From positions 3,360,001 through 3,424,000 of the forward strand of contig OZ220691.1 in the NCBI GenBank assembly GCA_965116475.1: 64,000 bases of DNA. Direction: 5' to 3'. The DNA comes from Gemmatimonadota bacterium (lineage in GTDB: Bacteria; Gemmatimonadota; Gemmatimonadetes; Palauibacterales; Palauibacteraceae). Below the pieces are notes generated by a model that saw nothing but the letters and a program-made list of their open reading frames with translations, had not been told where the DNA came from and did not search any database. Shown in pieces: positions 55,761-64,000 of the stretch. The position numbers and the translations under genes were made by a program. The number at the start of each line of letters is the position of its first letter. Positions within the stretch are counted from its first letter, which is position 1.

Positions 55761-57248
55761 ATGGCGGCGCAACATGAACTCGGAGCCGGGCCCGTCCGGG
55801 CCCTCGTGCGGTTCTCCGGCGAGCTCTCGACCAAGGCGCGCCGGACGCGGTCGCGCTTCCAGAACCGGCTCGCGGCCAACCTGCGCGACGCGTTCGACGC
55901 CGAGGGGATCGACGCCGCGCTCGAGTCCGGCTGGAGCCGCTTCCACGTGGAGAGCCCGGACGCGGCCTTCCTCGATCCGCTCCTGCGCACCTTCGGCGTG
56001 TCCAGTTGTTCCGTGCTGGCCGGCGAGTGCGAGGCGGACCTCGACGCGATCATCGCCACGGGCACGGCCCTCTTCGCCGAATCCGTCAGGGGCCGGAGCT
56101 ACGCGGTCCGGGCGCGCCGCTCCGGTTCGCACGATTTCTCTTCCGCCGACATCCAGCAGCGTCTCGGGGCGGCCCTCAACCCCGGCGCCACCGTCGACCT
56201 CGGGAATCCGGACATCACCGTGTTCGTCGAGGTCCGTGACGAACGGGTCTTCTTTCACGAGGACAGGATCAGCGGACCGTCCGGCCTCCCCCTCGGGGTG
56301 CAGGGACACGCCCTCGCCCTCATCTCCGGCGGCTTCGATTCGGCCGTCGCCGCCTGGATGGCGCTGCGCCGGGGGATTCGGCTCGACTACGTCTTCTGCA
56401 ACCTGGGCGGTAGCGCCTACGAGCGGATGGTCGTGGAGGTCACGAAGATCCTGGCGGATCGCTGGAGCTACGGGACCCGGCCCCGGCTGCACGTCCTCGA
56501 GTTCGGCCCGGTCGTCGAGGCGATGCGGGCCCGCGCCAAGCCCGCGTACCTGCAGGTCGTCCTCAAGCGGATGATGTATCGGGCGGCGGCGACGATCGGC
56601 GAACGGACCGGAGCCGAGGCGATCGTCACGGGCGAGTCGGTCGGACAGGTCTCCTCGCAGACGCTCCGCAATCTCCGCGCGATCGAGAACGCCTCCTCGC
56701 TTCCGGTGCTGCGCCCCCTGCTCGGTTTCCACAAGGAGGAGATCCTCGACCGGGCGCGGGAGATCGGCACCTACGAGCTTTCCGCCCGCGTGCGCGAGTA
56801 CTGCGACCTCGTGCCGCAACGGCCGGTCACCGCGTCGTCGCCGGAGGCCGCCGAGGCGCAGGAGTCGGCCGTCGGCCTCGAGGAACTCGACGGGGCGGTC
56901 GCCGGCGCGGCTGTGCACGATGTGCGCGCCCTGCGCCCGGAATCCATGGTCGGGGCGTCCCTCTACGTGGCCGACGTGCCCGACGGAGCGGTCATTCTCG
57001 ACACCCGTCCCCGCGCCGCGTTCGAGGCCTGGCACTGGCCGGGGGCGACCCTCCACGACCTCCCACAGCTCGAGCGGGACTTCGGCGAACTCGATCGCGA
57101 CGCGACGTACGTGCTCTGCTGTGCGGAGGGCGTGCGGACCGCCTACCTGGCCGAGGTCATGCAACGCGCGGGATACGAGGCGTACTCCTTCCTCGGCGGG
57201 GCGCCTCGCATGCGGCGCGCCGCGCGGGCCGGGCCGGGGAGCGACTGA
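55761..57248 (+). CDS. thiI: tRNA 4-thiouridine synthase with C-terminal rhodanese domain
   Basis: GELSTK, THUMP domain, GLPLGVQG, SGGFDS PP-loop, TGESVGQVSSQT, EYC, rhodanese CAEGVR. Confidence 0.9.
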   Translation: MAAQHELGAGPVRALVRFSGELSTKARRTRSRFQNRLAANLRDAFDAEGIDAALESGWSRFHVESPDAAFLDPLLRTFGVSSCSVLAGECEADLDAIIATGTALFAESVRGRSYAVRARRSGSHDFSSADIQQRLGAALNPGATVDLGNPDITVFVEVRDERVFFHEDRISGPSGLPLGVQGHALALISGGFDSAVAAWMALRRGIRLDYVFCNLGGSAYERMVVEVTKILADRWSYGTRPRLHVLEFGPVVEAMRARAKPAYLQVVLKRMMYRAAATIGERTGAEAIVTGESVGQVSSQTLRNLRAIENASSLPVLRPLLGFHKEEILDRAREIGTYELSARVREYCDLVPQRPVTASSPEAAEAQESAVGLEELDGAVAGAAVHDVRALRPESMVGASLYVADVPDGAVILDTRPRAAFEAWHWPGATLHDLPQLERDFGELDRDATYVLCCAEGVRTAYLAEVMQRAGYEAYSFLGGAPRMRRAARAGPGSD

Positions 57249-57297
57249 TCGCGGCCCGTTTTGACACCCCCGCCCATGCGGGGCGAGCTTGGGCCGC

Positions 57298-58053
57298 ATG
57301 AGCGGGAACGAGAGCGGCATGACGGCGGCCCTGGAAGCCGTGCGGCAGGGGGAAGTACCGACGCACGTCGCCGTCATCATGGACGGGAACGGCCGCTGGG
57401 CGAGAGGGCGCGGCCTGCCGAGATGGGAAGGGCACCGCGCGGGCATGACGGCGGTGCGCGAGATCATCGAAGGGGCGGCGGAGGCCGGCGTGGCCCACCT
57501 CACCCTCTATGCCTTCTCGGATGAGAACTGGTTCCGGCCTTCGCTGGAGGTGGAAGCGCTGATGACGCTCCTCCAGGAGTATGTGAAGAGCCAGCGCGCA
57601 TCGCTCGTCAGGCACGGCATCCGGGTCACCGTGTTCGGGGACCGGGTGCGGCTTCCGGAGGAGGCCCGGCGGGCGATCTCGGAACTCGAAGCGTCGACGG
57701 AGGGAGGGACGGCCCTGGAGGTGCACCTCGCGATCAGCTACGGATCGCGGGCGGAACTCGCGGGGGTGGCGCGAACGCTCGCGCAGCGCTGCCTGGAGGG
57801 CGAGCTGGCCCCGGAGGATATCGACGCGGAACGCTTCGGGGCCGAACTCCTGACGAGCGACTGGCCGGATCCGGACCTCCTGATCCGCACCTCGGGCGAG
57901 CAGCGCATCTCCAACTTCCTCCTCTGGCAGCTCGCGTACGCGGAACTCTTCGTGACGGATGTCCTGTGGCCCGACTTCACCCGCGAGCACCTCTTCGCCG
58001 CGCTCGTCGACTACAGGCGCCGCGAGCGGAGATTCGGGCTGGTGAAGACGTGA
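57298..58053 (+). CDS. uppS: Undecaprenyl/polyprenyl diphosphate synthase
   Basis: HVAVIMDGNGRWA, YAFSDENW, IRTSGEQRISNFLLWQ, RERRFG; start 57298 or 57319. Confidence 0.94.
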   Translation: MSGNESGMTAALEAVRQGEVPTHVAVIMDGNGRWARGRGLPRWEGHRAGMTAVREIIEGAAEAGVAHLTLYAFSDENWFRPSLEVEALMTLLQEYVKSQRASLVRHGIRVTVFGDRVRLPEEARRAISELEASTEGGTALEVHLAISYGSRAELAGVARTLAQRCLEGELAPEDIDAERFGAELLTSDWPDPDLLIRTSGEQRISNFLLWQLAYAELFVTDVLWPDFTREHLFAALVDYRRRERRFGLVKT

Positions 58054-58069
58054 GGCCACCGGGACCGGC

Positions 58070-58921
58070 ATGAGTCCGAACCTCCGCAAGAGACTCGCGG
58101 TCGCCGGTATCGGCGTTCCGCTCTGCGCGCTGGTCACCTACGCCGGCGGGGTTGTCTTCGTCACCGGGCTGGGCGCGGCGGCCGCGCTCGGCTACCGGGA
58201 ATTCGCGGCGATGATGCGGGGGACGGGGACGCGGGTCCTCGCGCTGCCGGGAGCGGGGGCCGCGTTTCTCTTCCCGTTCGCCGTCTTCGCGGGCGGTGTC
58301 GAGGGCGGCGGAGTCTTTGCGGCGGGTCTGATGCTTGCCTTCCCCGCGCTCGCGCTCGCGACGGTGAAGCTCTCGGAGCGGCCGATCCGGGCCGCCGCCT
58401 GCACGACGTTCGGAGTCTTCTACGTCGGCGGGTTGCTGGCCCTGGGCGTCCCGCTGCGCGAAGGCGGACTTCTGCCTGCGCCCGGCGGCGATACGAGCGC
58501 CGGGCGGATGGCCGGCACGCTGCTCTTCTTCCTCCCGGTCGTCATCACGTGGCTTGCCGACACGGCGGCGTACCTCGGCGGGCGCGCGCTCGGGAAACGC
58601 CCGCTCGCGCCGCGCGTGAGCCCCAACAAGACGGTTGCGGGAGCCGTGTGCGCGCTGCTGGCGGGCGTCGCTACCGCCGTCCTCTATCCGCGATTCCTCC
58701 TTCCGGAGATCTGGGCGCCGGGCCTGGTCTCCACGCTGGCCTTCGGGCTCGTAGTGACGGGGCTGGCGATCATCGGAGATCTTGCGGAATCGGCCCTCAA
58801 GCGCGAGTGCGGGGTGAAGGACTCGTCGGGTCTGCTCCCCGGGCACGGGGGAATGCTGGACCGGCTCGATTCCATCCTGTGGGCCGTTCCGGCGGCGTTC
58901 CTCTTCCTCCTCTTCGCGTGA
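58070..58921 (+). CDS. cdsA: Phosphatidate cytidylyltransferase
   Basis: DTAAY, SPNKT, GDLAESALKR..GVKDS...PGHGGMLDRLDS. Confidence 0.93.
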   Translation: MSPNLRKRLAVAGIGVPLCALVTYAGGVVFVTGLGAAAALGYREFAAMMRGTGTRVLALPGAGAAFLFPFAVFAGGVEGGGVFAAGLMLAFPALALATVKLSERPIRAAACTTFGVFYVGGLLALGVPLREGGLLPAPGGDTSAGRMAGTLLFFLPVVITWLADTAAYLGGRALGKRPLAPRVSPNKTVAGAVCALLAGVATAVLYPRFLLPEIWAPGLVSTLAFGLVVTGLAIIGDLAESALKRECGVKDSSGLLPGHGGMLDRLDSILWAVPAAFLFLLFA

Positions 58922-60084
58922 AGCACGTCGCCGTCCTCGGCGCCACGGGATCCGTCGGCGGGGGCACGCTCGAGGTGATCCGCCGCCACCCGGCGCGGTT
59001 TCGCGCCGCCGTCCTGACGGCGAACCGCAGCTGGGAGGCGCTCGACGCCCTCGCCCTCGACCGGGACCCGGATTTCGTCGTGCTCGGGACTCCGCCGCCT
59101 GACGACTTTGCGCCGCGCTGGGCCGGAGAATGGCGCTTCGGCGCCACTGCGCTGGCCGAGGCCGCCGGATCGTCCGGGATCGACATCGTGCTCAACGCGG
59201 TCGTGGGGTTTGCCGGGCTCGACGCGACGCTGGCGGCGCTCGGTGCGGGGAAGCGGCTGGCGCTCGCGAACAAGGAATCGCTCGTGGCCGGAGGAGACCT
59301 CGTGATGGGGGCGCTGCGCCGCGGCGGCGGCGAACTCCTGCCCGTGGACAGCGAGCACTCCGCGGTCCACCAGTGCCTGGCCGGGCGTCCCGTGTCGGAG
59401 GTCGCGCGGGTTACCCTCACGGCCTCGGGCGGTCCCTTCCGCGAGTGGCCGCCGCGGCGACTCGCCTCCGTAACGCCGGCCGATGCCCTGCGTCACCCCA
59501 CGTGGTCGATGGGAGCCAAGATCACGATCGACTCTGCCACGCTGGCGAACAAGGCGCTCGAGGTCATCGAGGCGCACACTTTGTTCGACCTCCCCTACGA
59601 GCGCATCGAGGTCGTCGTGCACCCCACGTCGATCGTCCACTCCCTCGTCGAATTCAGGGACGGTTCCTCGCTCGCGCAGCTGGGCCGGCCCTCCATGGAG
59701 ATTCCGATCCTGTGGGCGCTCGGCTACCCCGACCGGCTCGATGACGCACGTCGCGAGGCGGGGTTCGACCCCGTACGGGATGGTCCGCTGGAGTTCGAAC
59801 CGGTGCGGGAGGAGGATTTTCCGCTCTTCCGGGCGGGGGTCGCGGCGGGAGAGGCAGGAGGCGAGTTTCCGGTGGCCTTCAATGCGGCCAACGAGGTTGC
59901 GGTCGAGAGGTTCCTCTCCGGGGACATCGGCTTCAGGGAACTCGCCGATGTCGTGCTTCGTACACTGGAACGGTTCTCGTCGCGCGCCATCGCATCGGTG
60001 GAGGATGCCCGGCGCGTCGACGCCCGGGCGCGCGCCATCGCCCGCGACCCACATGGGGAGTCCAAGTCGGGAGACGCTGAGTGA
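58918..60084 (+). CDS. dxr: 1-deoxy-D-xylulose-5-phosphate reductoisomerase
   Basis: LGATGSVG, ANKESLV, PVDSEHSA, TASGGPF, HPTWSMGAKITIDSA, NAANE. Confidence 0.95.
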   Translation: MKHVAVLGATGSVGGGTLEVIRRHPARFRAAVLTANRSWEALDALALDRDPDFVVLGTPPPDDFAPRWAGEWRFGATALAEAAGSSGIDIVLNAVVGFAGLDATLAALGAGKRLALANKESLVAGGDLVMGALRRGGGELLPVDSEHSAVHQCLAGRPVSEVARVTLTASGGPFREWPPRRLASVTPADALRHPTWSMGAKITIDSATLANKALEVIEAHTLFDLPYERIEVVVHPTSIVHSLVEFRDGSSLAQLGRPSMEIPILWALGYPDRLDDARREAGFDPVRDGPLEFEPVREEDFPLFRAGVAAGEAGGEFPVAFNAANEVAVERFLSGDIGFRELADVVLRTLERFSSRAIASVEDARRVDARARAIARDPHGESKSGDAE

Positions 60085-61184
60085 TCGTAACGATTCTGGT
60101 AACCATCCTTGTCCTGGGCGTGCTCATCTTCGTGCACGAGCTGGGGCATTTCTGGGCCGCGAAGAGCGTCGGGATCGACGTGCCGCGGTTTTCGATCGGC
60201 CTGGGCCCGAAGATGGTGGGATTCCGGCGCGGTGGAACGGAGTATGTCCTCTCATGGATCCCGCTCGGCGGCTACGTCAAGATGGCGGGGATGGCGGACG
60301 AGGAAGTGACGTCGACGCTCGAGGGCGGAGGCGGCCCGGAGGACACGGCGCGGCGCAAGCCGGACCCGGGGCCCGGAGACTTCGACGGGAAGCCGCTCTG
60401 GGCCCGCGTTTTCGCCATTTCGGCCGGCGTCATCATGAACTGGTTGTTCGCGGTCGTCGCTTTCGCGGCGATCGCGATGGGGCGTGGCGTGTTCGAGCCC
60501 CGGATCGCCGAAGTCGCGCCCGGGTCACCGGCGGCGGAGGCGGGACTGCGGGCCGACGATCTGATCCGGCGCGTGGATGGCGCCGCGGTGCATGACCCCG
60601 CCCAGGTGACGATGCGGATCGAGCGCCGTCCCGGAGAGTCCATCGACATCATCGTTGAGCGGCTGGGGGAGCAACTCACCTTCGTCGCGACGCCCGATGT
60701 GGTCGAGCAGTACTCGGACCTCACGGGAGAATCGAGGACGGTCGGGCGCGTCGGCATCACCGTCGGCGCCGATGGCGGTCGAGCGGGCCCCGTCGCGGCG
60801 CTTGGCCGCGGGTGGTCGGATGCCACCTACTGGGGCGGCGCCGTCCTTCAGTTCCTCGGAGACCTGGTCACCGGACGAAGTTCGGCGCGCGAAGTCGGCG
60901 GCCCCATCCTGATCGGGGAGATTTCCGGGCGCGCCGCGCGCGCGGGGTTCTGGGAACTCCTGAGCTTCATGGCGATCATCAGCATCAATCTCGCCATTTT
61001 CAATCTGTTGCCGATTCCCGTCCTCGATGGAGGACACCTCCTCTTCCTCGGGATCGAGGCGGTCCGCGGCCGGGCGCTCAGCGTCCAGGCGCGCCTGCGG
61101 TTCACGACGGTGGGGATGGTCTTCGTCCTCGCCCTCATGGTGTGGGCCGTGGGGAACGACGTACTGAGAGTGCTCCTCCGCTAG
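60081..61184 (+). CDS. rseP: RIP metalloprotease RseP (M50 with PDZ)
   Basis: HELGH, IPLGGYVKM, PDZ, NLLPIPVLDGG. Confidence 0.93.
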   Translation: MIVTILVTILVLGVLIFVHELGHFWAAKSVGIDVPRFSIGLGPKMVGFRRGGTEYVLSWIPLGGYVKMAGMADEEVTSTLEGGGGPEDTARRKPDPGPGDFDGKPLWARVFAISAGVIMNWLFAVVAFAAIAMGRGVFEPRIAEVAPGSPAAEAGLRADDLIRRVDGAAVHDPAQVTMRIERRPGESIDIIVERLGEQLTFVATPDVVEQYSDLTGESRTVGRVGITVGADGGRAGPVAALGRGWSDATYWGGAVLQFLGDLVTGRSSAREVGGPILIGEISGRAARAGFWELLSFMAIISINLAIFNLLPIPVLDGGHLLFLGIEAVRGRALSVQARLRFTTVGMVFVLALMVWAVGNDVLRVLLR

Positions 61185-62008
61185 AGTAGAGAGAGTTGTT
61201 CGGCGCCGGCGCGAGCTCTCGCGAGCGCGGCCACGTCGTAGCGGGGGCTGGGTTCCTCCTGGGCGGCGGCGTCCAGTAGTCCATCGTATCCCGCCGGCGC
61301 CAGACCTTCCGCGACTCGGTCCAGGGCGAGTTCGCGGTCGTTGCACTCCTGGCTCAGGTGAGCGAGCAGGATCCCGCCCAGTCCCGGGTGCGCGAGTTCG
61401 GCGGCGAACTCGGCCGCGTGGCGGTTGGAGAGGTGGCCGCGGCTGCCCCCGATCCGCTGCTTCACCCGCCATGGATAGGAGGCCGCCCGGAGACGGTGTT
61501 CGTCGTGGTTCGCTTCCACGATGAGAAAGGCGCACTCCCGGAGCGCGACGCGGACGGGCGTCGTCGGTCTCCCGAGGTCCGTCGCGATCCCCACGCGCAG
61601 GCCCGTGGGCCGGTGCAGTACCGTGACGGCGACGGGTTTCGCGGCATCGTGCGCGGTGGGGGCGGCCTCGATCGCGAGGTCGCCGACCTCGAGTCCCGTG
61701 AGCGGCAGGTCCCCGCAACGCTCCTGCCCGCGCAGGAGAGGGGCGCAGGCGCGGCGGGTCGGAGGGTTCATGGCGAGCCGCCAGCCCCAGCGGCGGGCTC
61801 CGATGCCGATGCCCGCGGCGTGATCCCGGTGCTCGTGGGTGACGACGACGAGGTCGACGGCTTCGGGCTCCACGTCGAGTTCGGCGAGTCGGCGCGCGAG
61901 CTGAACCCCGGAGAATCCCGCATCGACGAGCACGCGTGCGCGGTCACCCTCCACGAGGAACGCGTTGCCGCGGCTGCCCGAGCCCAGCGACGCGACGGAC
62001 AGGCTCAC
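61181..62008 (-). CDS. MBL-fold metallo-hydrolase (YycJ/WalJ-like)
   Basis: LGSGSRGN, DAG, THEHRDH, HDA, TDLG, EANHD, GHLSN, AHLSQECN. Confidence 0.88.
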   Translation of the reverse strand: MSLSVASLGSGSRGNAFLVEGDRARVLVDAGFSGVQLARRLAELDVEPEAVDLVVVTHEHRDHAAGIGIGARRWGWRLAMNPPTRRACAPLLRGQERCGDLPLTGLEVGDLAIEAAPTAHDAAKPVAVTVLHRPTGLRVGIATDLGRPTTPVRVALRECAFLIVEANHDEHRLRAASYPWRVKQRIGGSRGHLSNRHAAEFAAELAHPGLGGILLAHLSQECNDRELALDRVAEGLAPAGYDGLLDAAAQEEPSPRYDVAALARARAGAEQLSLL

Positions 62009-63201
62009 GAGCGGCGGGCCTCGTCCCAGACATCGCCCAGCCAGTCGCGGAACTCCGGGGTCCCCTCGAGTCCCCGGCGCTCGGCGACCCGGACGGCAGT
62101 GGAGAGGAAATCGTCGCGACGGTGCGGCTCCGCGTTCCGGCCTCCTCCCCACGAGAAGGGTTCCACCCATCGGGGGGGCGGCTCCGCGCCGAACAGGCTG
62201 GATCCGGCGCCGACGACCGTGCCGGTTTCGATCCGGGCGCCGACACCGGTCTTCACGTGATCGCCGAGCAGGCAGCCGAGCTTGAGGAGTCCGGTGTCCC
62301 GCCGTGCGCCGGGCGGCCCGACCCGGATCGAGCCGTAGGTGTGTTTGAGATCACTGTTTACGGTAGCCGCGCCGAGGTTGACCCAGCGTCCGAGGTACGC
62401 ATGTCCGAGGAACCCGTCGTGCGCCTTGTTCGAATAGCCCAGCGTCGTCACGCGGTCGACCTCGCCCCGCACGCGGGAGCGGGGTCCCCCCGAGAAGCGC
62501 GAGATGTGGCCGCCGAGGAGCTGCGAGCCGTCTCCCGCGTAGAGCGGGCCGCCGAGACGGGTGCCGGCGAGGACCCGGACTCCGGGACCGAGGTCGATCG
62601 GGCCCCCGCGCGTATCGAAGAGCACGCCGGGTTCCACCTGCGCCTCCTCGCCGATGCGGATCGGGGCGTCGCCGAGGCGCCAGCAGCCGCCCGGCACGTC
62701 CGTCGCTTCCGGGCCCGGCCCGGCCGTCAGGTCGGCGGCCAGCCGGTCGGGTCCGCCGGATACGAGGTCCCACGGGTGTCGGAGCCAGGCGCCGGGCACG
62801 TCGCGGTCGGGCAGGCCGGGCCGGGGGCGGGGTGCGCCGAACCAATCCGCCCGCGGCGGCTCGGCGTCGGCGCCCAGGCGGACGCCCGCCAGCCGGTCGG
62901 CGACCCAGAGGTTGGCGGGCGCGTCGTTCCACGCCGCGTCGAGCGACGGCACGGCCCGCGCGTTCCATGCGGTACAGGGCGTGGACAGCGCGTCCGCATC
63001 CAGGCAGCGCGGCGCTCCGGGCTCCGTGTACCGGCGCAGCCAGGGGCGCGTCACGTGGCCCGCCACGCGCGTGCGCGCGACCCGTTCGAGCCGTTCGCGT
63101 AGCGTCCAGCGGCCGAAGACGAGTTCGCCGCACGGCCGGGTGAGCGCGAAAGGGGCCCAGCCGTCCGCCTGCTCGTCGTCGAACATGACGAGCGTCGTCA
63201 A
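62005..63201 (-). CDS. GlmU-related sugar nucleotidyltransferase/acyltransferase-like protein with left-handed beta-helix
   Basis: PFALTRP..EL..G N-terminus; YSNKAHDGFLGHAYLGRWVNLGA, SDLK, GDHVKTG; TTG start. Confidence 0.75.
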   Translation of the reverse strand: MTTLVMFDDEQADGWAPFALTRPCGELVFGRWTLRERLERVARTRVAGHVTRPWLRRYTEPGAPRCLDADALSTPCTAWNARAVPSLDAAWNDAPANLWVADRLAGVRLGADAEPPRADWFGAPRPRPGLPDRDVPGAWLRHPWDLVSGGPDRLAADLTAGPGPEATDVPGGCWRLGDAPIRIGEEAQVEPGVLFDTRGGPIDLGPGVRVLAGTRLGGPLYAGDGSQLLGGHISRFSGGPRSRVRGEVDRVTTLGYSNKAHDGFLGHAYLGRWVNLGAATVNSDLKHTYGSIRVGPPGARRDTGLLKLGCLLGDHVKTGVGARIETGTVVGAGSSLFGAEPPPRWVEPFSWGGGRNAEPHRRDDFLSTAVRVAERRGLEGTPEFRDWLGDVWDEARRS

Positions 63202-64000
63202 CGCGGCGCTTCGGAGGAGGAGGAGTCCGCGTCGATCCGTCCCAGATGGGCGTCGAGCCTGGCGGCCTCCTCCCGGGGCATCACGAGGAGTTCGCCGTTC
63301 GCCTCCACGATAACGAGGCCCGACACGCCGATGACCGTGGCCCGGCGGGACTCCGTCCACACGACGTTGTCCGCCGCGTCGAGGAGGCGGGTCGAGCCGA
63401 TGGCGGCGTTCCCCGCCTCGTCCACCTCTCGGGAGCGCAGCAGCGCGCTCCACACGCCGAGGTCGTCCCAGGCGAATCGGGCCTCGACGGCGGCCACGCG
63501 CTCGGCTCGCTCCATGACGCAGACGTCGATCGCGACCGGCTCGGCACGCGCGAAGAAACCCTCCGCGTCGCCGCGCTCGAGCGCCCGCCACGCGCCCGCG
63601 AGCTCCCGCGCGCAGCGTCGGGCGGCCGCGAGCAGATCGGCCGCCCGCCACACGAAGATGCCGGAGTTCCACAGGAAGCGGCCCGAGTCCAGGTATTCCC
63701 GGGCCGTGCCGCGATCCGGCTTCTCCACGAAACGCCGCACTTCCCGCGCGCCGGACGCGGTCGCCCGCCCGGTCTCCAGGTACCCGAACCCGGTTTCGGG
63801 GCGGTCCGGCCGCACGCCGACGCAGCACAGGTACCCTTCCCGGGCCGCTTCGAGGGCCGGCCGCAGCGTCTCGGCGAGCGCCTCCGGGGGCTCGATGCGG
63901 TGGTCCGCGTGCATGGAGATCATCAGGGCGCCGGGCTGAGCCCGCTCGATCTCGGAGGCTGCCCAGACGAGGGCCGGTCCGGTTCCTCGCGCCTCGGGCT
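63198..64000 (-). CDS. Mannose-1-phosphate guanylyltransferase, 5' part outside window
   Basis: RGTGPA, HADH, PETGFGYL, FVEKP, WNSGIF, IDVCVME, WDDLG.W. Confidence 0.88.
   Translation of the reverse strand, partial: PEARGTGPALVWAASEIERAQPGALMISMHADHRIEPPEALAETLRPALEAAREGYLCCVGVRPDRPETGFGYLETGRATASGAREVRRFVEKPDRGTAREYLDSGRFLWNSGIFVWRAADLLAAARRCARELAGAWRALERGDAEGFFARAEPVAIDVCVMERAERVAAVEARFAWDDLGVWSALLRSREVDEAGNAAIGSTRLLDAADNVVWTESRRATVIGVSGLVIVEANGELLVMPREEAARLDAHLGRIDADSSSSEAPR

Overview
Very GC-rich, densely packed bacterial chromosomal segment. Gene content and style suggest Gemmatimonadota, possibly Palauibacter-like (inference, not verified). It has about 63 CDS and one tRNA(CAU), mostly housekeeping: rpmE-prfA-prmC, obgE-dprA-hemW-hrcA-dnaJ, tkt-rpiB-tal, rsmE-HIT-mutS2-dnaG, rsmD-coaD-pta, rsmA-rex-thiolase-hbd-acyl-CoA dehydrogenase-glyA, nnr-thiL-plsC-eno-ftsB and thiI-uppS-cdsA-dxr-rseP. 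Accessory parts are an AbiEi/AbiEii type IV TA pair with an operator palindrome, a Ku/LigD NHEJ pair whose ligD has a 1-nt frameshift, an inositol-lipid cluster (YlbF-like, CDP-alcohol phosphatidyltransferase, ino1) and a STAS plus kinase/phosphatase-fusion partner-switch pair. No CRISPR array, rRNA, transposase or prophage was seen. The most unusual signal is at gene junctions. Most co-directional neighbours overlap by NTGA or TGATG. Many remaining gaps are exactly tiled by chains of 2-20-codon mini-ORFs, each linked to the previous stop and next start by the same overlap, and often built from short tandem duplications of the junction. This is a candidate translational relay and needs a statistical null model and ribosome profiling.
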